Assembly (NCBI GenBank): GCA_965228875.1
Contig: OZ245843.1
Span: 4,570,616 to 4,634,615, forward strand
Direction: 5' to 3'
From: Thalassobaculaceae bacterium
GTDB lineage: Bacteria; Pseudomonadota; Alphaproteobacteria; Thalassobaculales; Thalassobaculaceae
DNA length: 64,000 bases
The notes under the pieces are model-generated. The model saw only the letters and a list, made by a program, of their open reading frames with translations. It ran no database searches and was not told the DNA's origin. The stretch's first letter is position 1. Each line of letters begins with the position of its first letter. Positions 35,784 to 48,810 of this stretch are shown here, piece after piece. Both the position numbers and the translations under genes were made by a program.

Positions 35784-37432
35784 CGGCGCATCGGAACAAG
35801 ACAGCGTCTCCGGCGGCCCGGGGGCGTCGGGTGATCGCGCTCTGGCTGCCGCATTTCGCGGTCGAGCGCCGGCGTTGCGAGACCGCCGCGCGGAGGGGGG
35901 CCCCCGAAACGGCCCCCGAAACGACCGGGGGCGCGGTTCAGGCGGTCGCGACCTCCGAGCGGGGGCGTCGGGTGATTGCCGGTCTCGCCGCCGGTCTCGC
36001 GGGACTGGCGCCCGGCATGGCACTGGCCGACGCCCGGGCTCTGGCGCCGGAGCTGACGGTGGCGGACTGGGACCCGGCGTCGGATCGGACGGCCCTGCGC
36101 GACCTGGCGGCCTGGTGCGTGCGCTATACCCCGCTGGTCGCCTTCGACCCGGCCTCGGCCTGCCTGCGCGACGGCATCGGCGGCGATGCGGCTCTCTGGC
36201 TCGATGTCACCGGCGCCAGCCATCTGTTCGGCGGCGACGCGGCGATGACGGCCGATCTGGTCAATCGGCTCGCCGGCTTCGGCTACACCGCGCGGGCCTG
36301 CATGGCCGATACGCCGGGCATCGCCTGGGCGGTCGTCCGCGCCGCCGCCACCGGCCGGGCCGACATGGTGGTGCCGACGGGGGCCGGGCTCGCGGCCATC
36401 GCCCGCCTGCCGGTCTCGGCCCTGCGGGTGCCGCCGGCGACCGCCGAAGCCCTGGCGCGCAGCGGGCTGCGATCGATCGGCGACGTGTCGGCGCTGCCGC
36501 GCGCGCCGCTCGCAGCCCGTTTCGGGCCGGAACTCGCCCGCCGCCTGGACCAGGCGGCCGGGACCCTGCACGAACCGATCGACCCGCTCAGCCCTCCGGC
36601 CCCGCACCGGGTCCGTCTCGGCCTGCCCGAGCCGGTGGGCCTGCGCGAGGATATCGAGCACGGTGTGCGCCGGCTGCTGGCCCGGCTGTGCGCGCGGCTG
36701 GAGCGCGAGCGGGCGGGGCTGCGCCGGCTCCGCGTCGACTTCTTCCGGGCCGAGGGCGACGTGCGGTCGCTCACCGTCGGCACCGGCCGCCCGGCGCGCG
36801 ATCCCGTCGCCCTGTTCCGCCTGATCGCCGAGCACCTGGACCGCCTCGACCCCGGCTTCGGCATCGATGTGATGGTGATGGAGGCCGAGCGGGTCGAGAC
36901 GCGCGCGACGGTCCAGAAGGATCTCGCCGGCGGACTGCGGGCCGGGGACCCGGCGGCTGGTGGAATGGAGGACGGGGTGCAGGATCTGGTCGACCGTCTG
37001 GCCAACCGGCTGGGCGAGAACCGGGTGCACCGCCTGGAACCGGTGGAGAGTCACATCCCCGAGCGGGCCGAGCGGCCGGCGCCGCCCGCCGCCGTCTCCG
37101 CCTGGCCGGGTGCCGTCCCGCCGCCGGTGCCGCGTCCGCCCCGCCTGCTGCGCCGGCCGGAACCGGTGGAGGCGACGGCGCTGCTGCCGGACCATCCGCC
37201 GGCCCGGTTCCGCTGGCGCGGCGTCGACTATCGCGTCTCCCGCGCCGCCGGCCCGGAGCGCATCGCCCCGGAATGGTGGGAGGATCTGCCGGCCGGCCGG
37301 CCGCGCGGCGGACGGACCCGCGACTATTTCCGCGTGGAGGGCGCCGAAGGCCAGCGGTTCTGGCTGTACCGCGAGGGTCTGGCCGAGCGCGGCGAGGCAC
37401 CGCAATGGTTCCTGCACGGCCTGTTCGCGTGA
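35780..37432 (+). CDS. imuB: ImuB (inactive Y-family polymerase)
   Basis: ALWLP, RYTPLV, LDVTGASHLFGG, DPGFGID, SHIPERA, GPERIAPEWW, TRDYFRVE, WFLHGLFA. Confidence 0.92.
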   Translation: MTAHRNKTASPAARGRRVIALWLPHFAVERRRCETAARRGAPETAPETTGGAVQAVATSERGRRVIAGLAAGLAGLAPGMALADARALAPELTVADWDPASDRTALRDLAAWCVRYTPLVAFDPASACLRDGIGGDAALWLDVTGASHLFGGDAAMTADLVNRLAGFGYTARACMADTPGIAWAVVRAAATGRADMVVPTGAGLAAIARLPVSALRVPPATAEALARSGLRSIGDVSALPRAPLAARFGPELARRLDQAAGTLHEPIDPLSPPAPHRVRLGLPEPVGLREDIEHGVRRLLARLCARLERERAGLRRLRVDFFRAEGDVRSLTVGTGRPARDPVALFRLIAEHLDRLDPGFGIDVMVMEAERVETRATVQKDLAGGLRAGDPAAGGMEDGVQDLVDRLANRLGENRVHRLEPVESHIPERAERPAPPAAVSAWPGAVPPPVPRPPRLLRRPEPVEATALLPDHPPARFRWRGVDYRVSRAAGPERIAPEWWEDLPAGRPRGGRTRDYFRVEGAEGQRFWLYREGLAERGEAPQWFLHGLFA

Positions 37433-37487
37433 AGGCCGGGTGCGGTCAGGAGCGGGCAGGGATGGTGAGGCACGTCGGAGAGGGACA

Positions 37488-37949
37488 ATGGAACAGCGCA
37501 TCAGCATGGTGACCCTGGCGGTCGCCGATCTTGCCCGCAGCCGACGGTTCTACGAGGCCGGCCTCGGCTGGGAGGTGGTGTCCGGCGAGACCGAGGGCAT
37601 CGTGTGCTTCCAACTCGGCGGCATGGTGCTCGCCCTGTACGGCCGCGCGGCCTTCGCCGAAGACACGGGACTGGGGGACACGGGACTGGCTGACACGGGG
37701 CTGGCGGAGGACTCGGCGCCGCCGCGTCCGTCTGTCGCGCTCGCCTACAATACCCGCTCGCGCGAGGAGGTGGACACGGTGATCGCCCGTGCCGTGGATG
37801 TCGGCGCACGGCTGCAGAAGCCGGCGGCGGACGCCTTCTGGGGCGGATATTCCGGCTACATCGCAGATCCCGACGGTCACCTCTGGGAGATCGCCTGGAA
37901 CCCGTTCTCCCCGATCGGCGAGGATGGTCGTTTCGTCTGGCAGACCTAA
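37488..37949 (+). CDS. VOC/glyoxalase family protein
   Basis: MEQRISMVTLAVADLARSRRFYE, FWGGYSGYIADPDGHLWEIAWNP; internal 15-bp repeat (DTGL x3). Confidence 0.9.
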   Translation: MEQRISMVTLAVADLARSRRFYEAGLGWEVVSGETEGIVCFQLGGMVLALYGRAAFAEDTGLGDTGLADTGLAEDSAPPRPSVALAYNTRSREEVDTVIARAVDVGARLQKPAADAFWGGYSGYIADPDGHLWEIAWNPFSPIGEDGRFVWQT

Positions 37950-37957
37950 CGCCGGCC

Positions 37958-40900
37958 ATGCCCCGCCCTCCGGTTCCCGCTTACGCCGAGCTTCAGGTCA
38001 CCACCAACTTCTCCTTTCTGCGCGGTGGCAGCCATGGCGAGGAACTGGTGGAGCAGGCGGCCTCTCTCGGGCTTACCGCCCTCGCGGTGACCGACCGCAA
38101 CACCCTGGCGGGCGTGGTTCGCGCCCATGTGGCGGCGAAGGAGGTCGGGTTGCCCCTGCTGGTCGGCGCCAGGCTCGACCTGCTGGACGCGCCGCACCGG
38201 TTGGCCTTCCCGGTCGACCGCGCCGCCTACGGCCGCCTGTCGCGGCTGATAAGCCGTGGTCGACGGCGCGCCCCCAAGGGGGAGTGCCATCTGTTCCGCG
38301 CCGACCTGGAGGAGTATGGCGACGGACTGCTGCAGGTCCTGATTCCGCCCGACGGTACGGTGGGGCTCGAGGTCTTCGCCACCGATCTGGCGCGTGCCGC
38401 CGCCCGTTTCCCCGGGGACATCTATCTCGCCGTCAGCCGGCTCTACCGTGGAGACGACGGCGCCCGCGTCGCCGCCCTGGTCGACCTCGCCCGCCGGGCC
38501 GGCGCCGTTCCGGTCGCCACCAACGACGTGCACATCCATGTGCCCGAACGCCGGCCGCTGCAGGATGTGCTGACCTGCATCCGCGAGGGCGTGACCGTGG
38601 ACAGCGCCGGTTACCGCCTCGCCGCAAATGCCGAGCGCCACCTGAAGACGCCGCAGGAGATGGCGCGGCTGTTCCGCGACCATCCGGCGTTGGTCGCCGC
38701 GACCGTCGATCTCGCCGCCCGCTGCCGGTTCTCCCTCGACGAGCTCAAATACGAATACCCTGACGAGATCGCCGCCGGCGAGGATCCGCAGGCGCGGCTG
38801 GAGCGTCTGACGGCCGAGGGGGCGGCCGAGCGGTATGACGGCGAGGTCCCGCCCAAGGTCCGGGCCCAGCTCGACCACGAACTCGCCCTGATCGCCCGGC
38901 TCGACTACGCCCCGTATTTCCTCACCGTGCAGGACGTGGTCCGCTTCGCGAGATCCGAGGGCATCCTGTGCCAGGGGCGCGGCTCGGCGGCGAACTCGGC
39001 CGTGTGCTACTGCCTCGGCATCACCGCCGTCGACCCCGCCCAGGCCGATCTGCTGTTCGAGCGTTTCGTCAGCGAGGCGCGGGGCGAGCCGCCGGACATC
39101 GACGTGGATTTCGAGCACGAGCGGCGCGAGGAGGTGATCCAGTACGTCTATGCCAAGTACGGACGCGAGCGGGCCGGGCTCGCGGCGACGGTGATCAGCT
39201 ACCGGTCGCGCTCGGCCCTGCGCGACGTCGGAAAGGCGCTGGGTCTCTCCGAGGATACGGTGGCGGCGCTGGCCGGTCAGGTCTGGGGCTGGCGGGGCGA
39301 TCCGGTCAGCGACGAGCGGGTGCGCGAGATCGGCCTCGACCCGGACGACCGGCGTCTCGCCATGGCGCTGGCGCTGGCCCGCCAGCTCGCGGGCTTCCCG
39401 CGCCACCTTTCCCAGCACGTCGGCGGCTTCGTCATCACCCGGGGCCGGCTCGACGAGCTGGTGCCGATCGAGAACGCGGCGATGGACGACCGTACGGTGG
39501 TCGAATGGGACAAGGACGATCTGGAGGCGCTCGGCATTCTCAAGGTCGACCTGCTGGCGCTCGGCATGCTGAGCTGCGTGAAGCGCGCCTTCGACCTGCT
39601 GGACCGGCACCATGGCAAGCGCTACACGCTAGCCACCGTGCCGGGCGAGGATCCCGCCGTCTACGACATGCTGTGCCGGGGCGACAGTCTCGGCGTGTTC
39701 CAGGTCGAGAGCCGGGCGCAGATGGCGATGCTACCGCGCCTACGCCCGCGCAGTTTCTACGACCTGGTGGTGGAGGTGGCGATCGTCCGCCCCGGCCCGA
39801 TCCAGGGCGACATGGTCCACCCCTATCTGCGCCGGCGCAACGGCGAGGAACCAGTGACCTTCCCGTCCGAGGCCCTGCGCGCGGTGCTGGGCAAGACCCT
39901 CGGCGTGCCGCTGTTCCAGGAACAGGCGATGAAGATCGCCATCGTCGCCGCCGGGTTCACCCCGTCCGAAGCGGACCGGCTACGCAAGGCGATGGCCACC
40001 TTCAAACGTTCCGGCGACATCCACAAGTTCCGCGAGAAGCTGGTCCGGGGCATGGTCGAGCGCGGCTACGAGGCCGAGTTCGCCGAGCGTTGCTTCAAGC
40101 AGATCGAGGGGTTCGGCACCTACGGCTTCCCGGAGAGCCACGCCGCCAGCTTCGCCCTGCTGGTCTATGTCTCGTCCTGGCTGAAATGCCATTACCCGGC
40201 GGCGTTCGCCGCCGCCCTGCTGAACTCGCAGCCCATGGGGTTCTACGCGCCGGCGCAGATCGTGCGCGACGCCCGGGAGCACGGGGTCGAGGTGCGCCCG
40301 CCGGACATCAACGCCAGCGACTGGGACTGCACGCTGGAGCGGCGCCCGGACGGGGCGGTGGCGCTGCGCCTCGGCCTGCGCCAGATCAAGGGCATGAAGG
40401 AGGAGCAGGCGGCGGCGCTGATGGCCGCGCGGGGCGCCGGGTACGCAGATCCGCTCGACCTGTGGCGCCGCGCCGGCCTGGGGGCGCCGGTCATCGAGAC
40501 GCTGGCGCGGGGCGATGCCTTCCGCTCGCTCGGCCTGTCCCGGCGGGAGGCGTTCTGGGCCGCCCGGGCGCTGGCCACCGCGCCGGACGGCCCGGCCGCG
40601 GATGCCGACGGGCCGGCGGACGCCCTGCCGCTGTTCGCCGCCGCCGAGGCCGAGGTGCGCCTGCCGGAGGCGCCGGTCGGCGAGGAGGTGGTGGACGATT
40701 ACTCGGCCCTGCGGCTGTCGCTGAAGGCACATCCCGTCGCCCTGCTGCGCCCGGCGCTGCAGGTCGAGGGACGGGTGCCGTGCTCGGTGCTGGACAGTGC
40801 CAGGGCGGGGCGCCGGGTGCGGCTCGCCGGGCTGGTGCTGGTGCGCCAGCGGCCGGGCACGGCCAAGGGGGTGATCTTCATCACGCTGGAGGACGAGAGC

Positions 40901-41347
40901 GGCATCGCCAACCTGGTGGTCTGGGCCGATACGTTCGAGCGTTTCCGCCGGGAGGTGCTTGGCGCCAAGCTGCTCGGCGTGACGGGCCGGGTGCAGCGCG
41001 AGGGGCTGGTGGTCCATGTGGTCGTCGAACAGCTGGAGGACCTGACCGGCCGGCTGGCGGCGCTGACCGACGGCACCCTGGACGGGGCGGGCTTCCTGGC
41101 GGCCACCGCCCATGCCGACGAGGTGCGCCGGCCGACCAACGACCAGCGCGCCCAGCAGAGCGAGGCAAAGAAGCAGCGCGAGGCCGACGGCGAGCGCCGC
41201 CGGGCGCTGAAGCAGGCCCGCGAGGACCAGCCGGTCTACGAGCCGGAGACGCCCGCGACGCCGGTCCGCGCCGCGCGCTCCGAGGGCATCCGACACCCGC
41301 GCAACGTCCGCCCCGACCTCAAGGTGGTCAGCCGGGACTTCCATTGA
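37958..41347 (+). CDS. dnaE2: Error-prone DNA polymerase DnaE2 (ImuC)
   Basis: TNFSFLRGGSH PHP start, QGRGSAANS, PPDIDVDFEH, SQHVGG, FQVESRAQ, YGFPESHAASF, C-terminal SRDFH. Confidence 0.96.
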   Translation: MPRPPVPAYAELQVTTNFSFLRGGSHGEELVEQAASLGLTALAVTDRNTLAGVVRAHVAAKEVGLPLLVGARLDLLDAPHRLAFPVDRAAYGRLSRLISRGRRRAPKGECHLFRADLEEYGDGLLQVLIPPDGTVGLEVFATDLARAAARFPGDIYLAVSRLYRGDDGARVAALVDLARRAGAVPVATNDVHIHVPERRPLQDVLTCIREGVTVDSAGYRLAANAERHLKTPQEMARLFRDHPALVAATVDLAARCRFSLDELKYEYPDEIAAGEDPQARLERLTAEGAAERYDGEVPPKVRAQLDHELALIARLDYAPYFLTVQDVVRFARSEGILCQGRGSAANSAVCYCLGITAVDPAQADLLFERFVSEARGEPPDIDVDFEHERREEVIQYVYAKYGRERAGLAATVISYRSRSALRDVGKALGLSEDTVAALAGQVWGWRGDPVSDERVREIGLDPDDRRLAMALALARQLAGFPRHLSQHVGGFVITRGRLDELVPIENAAMDDRTVVEWDKDDLEALGILKVDLLALGMLSCVKRAFDLLDRHHGKRYTLATVPGEDPAVYDMLCRGDSLGVFQVESRAQMAMLPRLRPRSFYDLVVEVAIVRPGPIQGDMVHPYLRRRNGEEPVTFPSEALRAVLGKTLGVPLFQEQAMKIAIVAAGFTPSEADRLRKAMATFKRSGDIHKFREKLVRGMVERGYEAEFAERCFKQIEGFGTYGFPESHAASFALLVYVSSWLKCHYPAAFAAALLNSQPMGFYAPAQIVRDAREHGVEVRPPDINASDWDCTLERRPDGAVALRLGLRQIKGMKEEQAAALMAARGAGYADPLDLWRRAGLGAPVIETLARGDAFRSLGLSRREAFWAARALATAPDGPAADADGPADALPLFAAAEAEVRLPEAPVGEEVVDDYSALRLSLKAHPVALLRPALQVEGRVPCSVLDSARAGRRVRLAGLVLVRQRPGTAKGVIFITLEDESGIANLVVWADTFERFRREVLGAKLLGVTGRVQREGLVVHVVVEQLEDLTGRLAALTDGTLDGAGFLAATAHADEVRRPTNDQRAQQSEAKKQREADGERRRALKQAREDQPVYEPETPATPVRAARSEGIRHPRNVRPDLKVVSRDFH

Positions 41348-41416
41348 CGCGCCTATGGAGTCGGTGCGGCCCGACACCGAGCCGCAGCAGGCGCCGCGGA
41401 TGCTCGGACCAACCCC

Positions 41417-41485
41417 TTCCCCTCTGGCGTTCCCCTCTGGCGTTCCCCTCTGGCGTTCCCCTCTGGCGTTCCCCTCTGGCGTTCC
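41417..41485. repeat. 13-bp tandem repeat (TTCCCCTCTGGCG x5 plus partial)
   Basis: Five perfect contiguous copies read directly; no spacers. Confidence 0.97.
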
Positions 41486-41511
41486 TGGGCGCCTCGCGTC
41501 AAACTCCCGGC

Positions 41512-43161
41512 ATGCAAGAGGTCGATTACATCATCGTTGGCGCCGGCTCGGCGGGCTGTGTGCTCGCCAACCGGCTGAGCGCGGATCCGGACACTTCCGT
41601 CCTGCTGCTGGAAGCGGGCGGGCGCGACTGGAATCCGCTGATCCACATCCCGCTCGGCACCGGCAAGCTGGTCCGGTCGTCCATGCACAGCTGGGGCTAC
41701 TGGACCGAGCCGGAGCCGCATCTGGACAACCGCAAGCTCTACTGGCCGCGCGGCAAGGTGCTCGGCGGATCGTCCTCGATCAACTCGATGATCTACGTGC
41801 GCGGCCATCCGCGCGACTACGACACCTGGGCGCAGCTCGGCAACCGCGGCTGGTCCTGGGACGATGTGCTGCCTTACTTCAAGCGCTCGGAAGGACATGT
41901 GGACCGGCCGGCCGACGCCCTGCACGGCACCGCCGGCCCCCTCAAGGTGCAGCGCGGGCGCGGCGACAATCCGCTCTACGACGCCTTCATGGCCGCCGGC
42001 GTTCAGGCTGGCATGGCCCGCAACGACGACTGCAACGGCCCCGACCAGGAAGGGGTCTGCCGCTACGACTTCACCATCCATGACGGGCGGCGGGCGAGTG
42101 CGGCGGTCTGCTACCTGCGCCCGGCGCTGGGCCGCTCCAACCTGCGGGTGGAGACCTCGGCTCTGACCCAGCGGGTGACGATGGAGGGCGGCCGGGCCAC
42201 CGGCGTGGAATACGCCCAGGGCGGTTCCCTGCAGCAGGTCCGCGCCCGGCGCGAGGTGATCCTGGCCGGCGGGGCGCTGAACTCGCCCCAGGTGCTGATG
42301 CTGTCCGGTATCGGTCCCGCCGACCACCTCCGCCAGCACGGCATCGCGCCGCGCCACGACCTGCCCGGCGTGGGCCGCAACCTGCAGGATCATCTGGACA
42401 TCCCGCTGCAGTACGCCTGTCCCGAGCCGGTGACTCTCCACAGCCTGATCCGTCTCGACCGGGCGGCGCTCGCGATGGCCCAGGCGGCGCTGTTCCGTAC
42501 CGGTCCGGCGGCGACCTTCCCCGCGGAGGGCGGCGCCTTCGTGAAGACCCGGCCCGAGCTCGAGGTTCCCGACATGCAGTGGCACATGCTGATCGGCCTC
42601 GGCGCCAAGCGTGTGCGCATTCCGTGGCTCTGGCATCTCTGGAAGGACAAGTTCGACCAGGATGGCTTCACCATCCGCATGTGCCAGCTGCGCCCGGAGA
42701 GCCGCGGCCACCTGGAGTTGGCCTCGGCCGACCCGTCGGCGCGGGTGCGGATCTTCGCGAACTACTACGCGACCGAGACCGATCGCCAGGTGTTCCGCGA
42801 CGGGCTGCGCATGGCGCGGGAATGGGTCGCGCAGTCGGCGTTCGACCGCTGGCGCGGCGAGGAACTGAATCCGGGTCCGTCGGTGACGTCGGACGCGGAT
42901 ATCGATGCCTATGTCCGACGCATCTCCGAGACCATCTACCACCCGGTCGGCACCTGCCGGATGGGCAGCGACGACAACGCGGTGGTCGACCAGGAACTGA
43001 AGGTGCGTGGCGTCGACGGCCTGCGGGTGGTCGATGCGTCGATCATGCCGCGGCTCATCGGCGGCAACACCAACGCGCCGACCATGATGATCGCCGAGAA
43101 GGCGGCTGACATGATCCTGGGCAAGGCGCCGCCGGCGGAGCGCGATCGGGACGCGGCGTAG
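41512..43161 (+). CDS. GMC oxidoreductase (choline dehydrogenase-like)
   Basis: DYIIVGAGSAGCVLANRLS, RGKVLGGSSSINSM, GRNLQDH, YHPVGTCRMG, GNTNAP. Confidence 0.93.
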   Translation: MQEVDYIIVGAGSAGCVLANRLSADPDTSVLLLEAGGRDWNPLIHIPLGTGKLVRSSMHSWGYWTEPEPHLDNRKLYWPRGKVLGGSSSINSMIYVRGHPRDYDTWAQLGNRGWSWDDVLPYFKRSEGHVDRPADALHGTAGPLKVQRGRGDNPLYDAFMAAGVQAGMARNDDCNGPDQEGVCRYDFTIHDGRRASAAVCYLRPALGRSNLRVETSALTQRVTMEGGRATGVEYAQGGSLQQVRARREVILAGGALNSPQVLMLSGIGPADHLRQHGIAPRHDLPGVGRNLQDHLDIPLQYACPEPVTLHSLIRLDRAALAMAQAALFRTGPAATFPAEGGAFVKTRPELEVPDMQWHMLIGLGAKRVRIPWLWHLWKDKFDQDGFTIRMCQLRPESRGHLELASADPSARVRIFANYYATETDRQVFRDGLRMAREWVAQSAFDRWRGEELNPGPSVTSDADIDAYVRRISETIYHPVGTCRMGSDDNAVVDQELKVRGVDGLRVVDASIMPRLIGGNTNAPTMMIAEKAADMILGKAPPAERDRDAA

Positions 43162-43237
43162 AGCGGGACCGCCGCGGCCGCGCCGCGCGGATCGCCCGGC
43201 GGTCCACCGACGACCCATTCCCATCCTGAGCCGGAAT

Positions 43238-43275
43238 CGGGATCCACGGCCCCCAAGGGGCGGCCGTGGATCCCG
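43238..43275. terminator. 14-bp stem-loop between the convergent GMC gene and gcvP
   Basis: CGGGATCCACGGCC / GGCCGTGGATCCCG; no clear U-tract. Confidence 0.5.
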
Positions 43276-43282
43276 CGTGGCG

Positions 43283-46168
<2,886 letters not shown>

Positions 46169-46205
46169 GGTTGTCTCCCGCGCGGTCGCGCGCCCTGGTG
46201 TCCGG

Positions 46206-46571
46206 TCAGGCGATGAGGTCGTTGTACGCCGCCTCGTCCATCAGGCCGTCGAGCTCGCCCGTGTCGCTGAGCTTGATCTTGAAGAACCAGCCGGACCCGG
46301 CCGGATCGGAGTTCACGGTGCCCGGCGCGTCGACCAGGGCCTCGTTGACCGCCACGATCTCGCCGGAGACCGGCGCGTAGATCTCGCTCGCCGCCTTGAC
46401 CGACTCGACCACGCCGGCCTCGTCGCCCTTGGACACGGCGTTGCCGACCTCGGGGAGCTCGACGAAGACGATGTCGCCGAGCTGTTCCTGGGCGTGCGCT
46501 GTGATGCCGACGGTACCGACGTCGCCGTCGAGGGAAATCCATTCGTGGTCTTCAGTGTATTTCACGGCCAT
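46206..46571 (-). CDS. gcvH: Glycine cleavage system H protein
   Basis: [19 protein letters not shown] (lipoyl-lysine). Confidence 0.96.
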   Translation of the reverse strand: MAVKYTEDHEWISLDGDVGTVGITAHAQEQLGDIVFVELPEVGNAVSKGDEAGVVESVKAASEIYAPVSGEIVAVNEALVDAPGTVNSDPAGSGWFFKIKLSDTGELDGLMDEAAYNDLIA

Positions 46572-46594
46572 GAACCCGCTCCTAAGCGATTGTT

Positions 46595-47707
46595 TCAGCG
46601 TTTGTATCCGGGGGTGACGAAAGGCAGTCTGGCGACGGTTGCGGGCAGGGCCTTGCCGCGCACCATGAGGGAGACCTCCGTGTCGGCGGCGGCGTGGCCG
46701 CTGGCGACGTAGCCCATGGCCACCGGGCCCTCGACGCTGGGGCCGAACCCGCCGCTGGTGACGTGACCGATCGCGTTGCCGTCGGCATCGACGATCTCGG
46801 CCCCTTCCCGCGCCGGCGCCCGGCCCGTCGGCTTGAGACCGACCCGCTTGCGCGATGTGCCTTCGGCGATTTCTCGCAGGATGCGATCGGCGCCGGGGAA
46901 GCCGCCTTCCTCGCGCCGACGCTTGCCGATCGACCAGGTCAGCGCCGCCTCGACCGGCGAGGTGGTGGTGTCGATGTCGTGGCCGTAGAGGCAGAGCCCG
47001 GCCTCCAGGCGGAGGGAATCCCGCGCTCCCAGCCCGATCGGCTCCACGTCGCAATGGGCCAGCAGCGTGCGGGCCAACGCCTCCGCGCCGTCGGCCGGGA
47101 CCGAAATCTCGTAGCCGTCCTCGCCGGTGTAGCCCGAGCGGGTGACGAAGCAGGGAACCCCGCCCACATCCATGGCGGCACCGGTCATGAAGGTCAGTTC
47201 GCCCGCCTCGGGCGCCAGCCCGGCCAGTACGCCCACGGCCGCCGGGCCTTGGAGCGCCAGCAGCGCGCGGTCCTCCAGCACGCTCAGGGCCTCGCCGAAG
47301 GCGGCCGTCATCAGGTCGATATCCTGTTCCTTGCAGGCGGCGTTGACGACGACGAAGACGTGGTCGACCCCATGGGTGACCATCAGGTCGTCGAGAATGC
47401 CGCCCTCGGCATTGGTGAACTGGGTGTAGCGCATGCGACCGGCGGTCAGCCCGGCGATATCGCCCGGCACCAGGGTCTCCATGACCGTGGCGGCCCGCTC
47501 CCAATCGCCTCCGGCGGTGTCGATCCGCACCTGGCCCATGTGCGAGACGTCGAACAGCCCGGCCTTCGCGCGGGTGTGCTTGTGTTCGCCGAGCACGCCG
47601 AGGGGGAACTGCACCGGCATGTCGTAGCCGGCGAACGGCACCATCTTTGCGCCGAGTTCACGGTGCAGCGCATTGAGCGGGGTGGATTTCAGCGCGTCCT
47701 GGGTCAT
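46595..47707 (-). CDS. gcvT: Glycine cleavage system aminomethyltransferase T
   Basis: [47 protein letters not shown]. Confidence 0.96.
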   Translation of the reverse strand: MTQDALKSTPLNALHRELGAKMVPFAGYDMPVQFPLGVLGEHKHTRAKAGLFDVSHMGQVRIDTAGGDWERAATVMETLVPGDIAGLTAGRMRYTQFTNAEGGILDDLMVTHGVDHVFVVVNAACKEQDIDLMTAAFGEALSVLEDRALLALQGPAAVGVLAGLAPEAGELTFMTGAAMDVGGVPCFVTRSGYTGEDGYEISVPADGAEALARTLLAHCDVEPIGLGARDSLRLEAGLCLYGHDIDTTTSPVEAALTWSIGKRRREEGGFPGADRILREIAEGTSRKRVGLKPTGRAPAREGAEIVDADGNAIGHVTSGGFGPSVEGPVAMGYVASGHAAADTEVSLMVRGKALPATVARLPFVTPGYKR

Positions 47708-47754
47708 CGAGACTCCGTACGAAAGGTGCGTGCGACCGGGGTTCCGGTGCACAC

Positions 47755-47960
47755 CCCCCTCTGTCCCGATACCTGAAAGATTGACCGCGGGTGGGCTGCG
47801 GCTTTCCTCGTCGGTGGGGCGATCGCTCGCCCGCTCTCCAGAGTCACCTCACCTCGGGGTACGGGCGCCTGAGAGTTTCCGGGGGCGGTTGCTCCTTCGG
47901 CGGCGGCCGCGATCCGGGAAAAGAAGATACGGCCGGATCCGCCGCTCTCTCCCCCGAGGG
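47755..47960 (-). promoter_or_regulatory. Tandem glycine riboswitch
   Basis: Minus strand aptamer 1: GGAGAG...CCGAAGGAGCAA...GGAAACTCTCAGG. Aptamer 2: CTCTGGAGAG...CACCGACGAGGAAA...AATCTTTCAGG...GACAGAGG. Directly upstream of gcvT. Confidence 0.93.
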
Positions 47961-48019
47961 TCGTGGGTTATGGCATCGCAAAGGATACTGGACTTGCGTC
48001 CGCTTGCAAGCCCGAGCCG

Positions 48020-48535
48020 CTATCGGTCCGTGGACCGTCGGTTGTAGTCGACCTGCTCGGGCGAGATCTGCAGGCCGACCAGGATGCGGATGTCGGCGAA
48101 GCTGCTGTCCGCCGGGCGCGGAATCGTGACGTCGATCTCCTCGACCACGCCCACCCGGCGGCGGTTGCCCTCGAACGGCAGGACGACGTCGTAGACCTCC
48201 TTGGCCGTAAAATTGCCGGCGCCGTTCTCGACCGCGACGAAATACTGCAGGTCGGCCTGACGGGCGGTGTCCGCGGGGCCGCGCTCGGCGACCAGGCGGA
48301 TGTTCATCGCCACCTCGACGCCATCGTCGTCATACTCGCAGACCGAATCGACGGACTGGACCCGGGCGGTGAATCGCACTTCGGTCAGATCCTCGCCGCC
48401 GCCGGGCCGGAAGCTGGTCATCCGTTCGACGCCGGAGACGGCGCCGGCCGGCGGGCAGGGCCGGAACTCCGGCTCGCTGGCGCAGGCGGAGACGAGAAGG
48501 GCGGCCGCGGCCGCCGGAAGGAAGCTGGAGCGCAT
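48020..48535 (-). CDS. Conserved hypothetical lipoprotein
   Basis: Lipobox LVSAC; AERGPA...YFVAV...ILVGLQ. Confidence 0.75.
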   Translation of the reverse strand: MRSSFLPAAAAALLVSACASEPEFRPCPPAGAVSGVERMTSFRPGGGEDLTEVRFTARVQSVDSVCEYDDDGVEVAMNIRLVAERGPADTARQADLQYFVAVENGAGNFTAKEVYDVVLPFEGNRRRVGVVEEIDVTIPRPADSSFADIRILVGLQISPEQVDYNRRSTDR

Positions 48536-48810
48536 CAGGGACCGTTATGGGTTTCGTCGCACATCGGCATGCCCACGCGAATCCCGCAGGTGCACCGCCG
48601 GAGTGTCTTGGCTTCGCCGGCCTCGAACGGCTTTTTCTGAGCGATGGCCGGACGGGCCATGGCGGACTCCGGGATGCATGGGGTGGACGGCGCGACGATA
48701 GCCCGCCCCTCGGTCCGGCGCAATTCAACGCAGCGAGAGGTGCGCAGCGAGAGGGGCATGGTGCCGCGGCGATTGACGGCGGCCCCGCATTCGTCGGAGA
48801 ACGGGGCGTG

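Noticed and set aside
41417..41485. Possible CRISPR array
   Set aside because: 13-bp units are contiguous with no spacers, and no cas genes are present; it is a simple tandem repeat
38968..41511. 1397-aa ORF as a giant GMC fusion
   Set aside because: The upstream part is an Arg/Gly/Pro-rich alternative frame over dnaE2; the Rossmann motif starts at 41512
41512..43161. Naming the GMC gene betA
   Set aside because: No betB, betI or choline transporter nearby; family motifs do not establish the substrate
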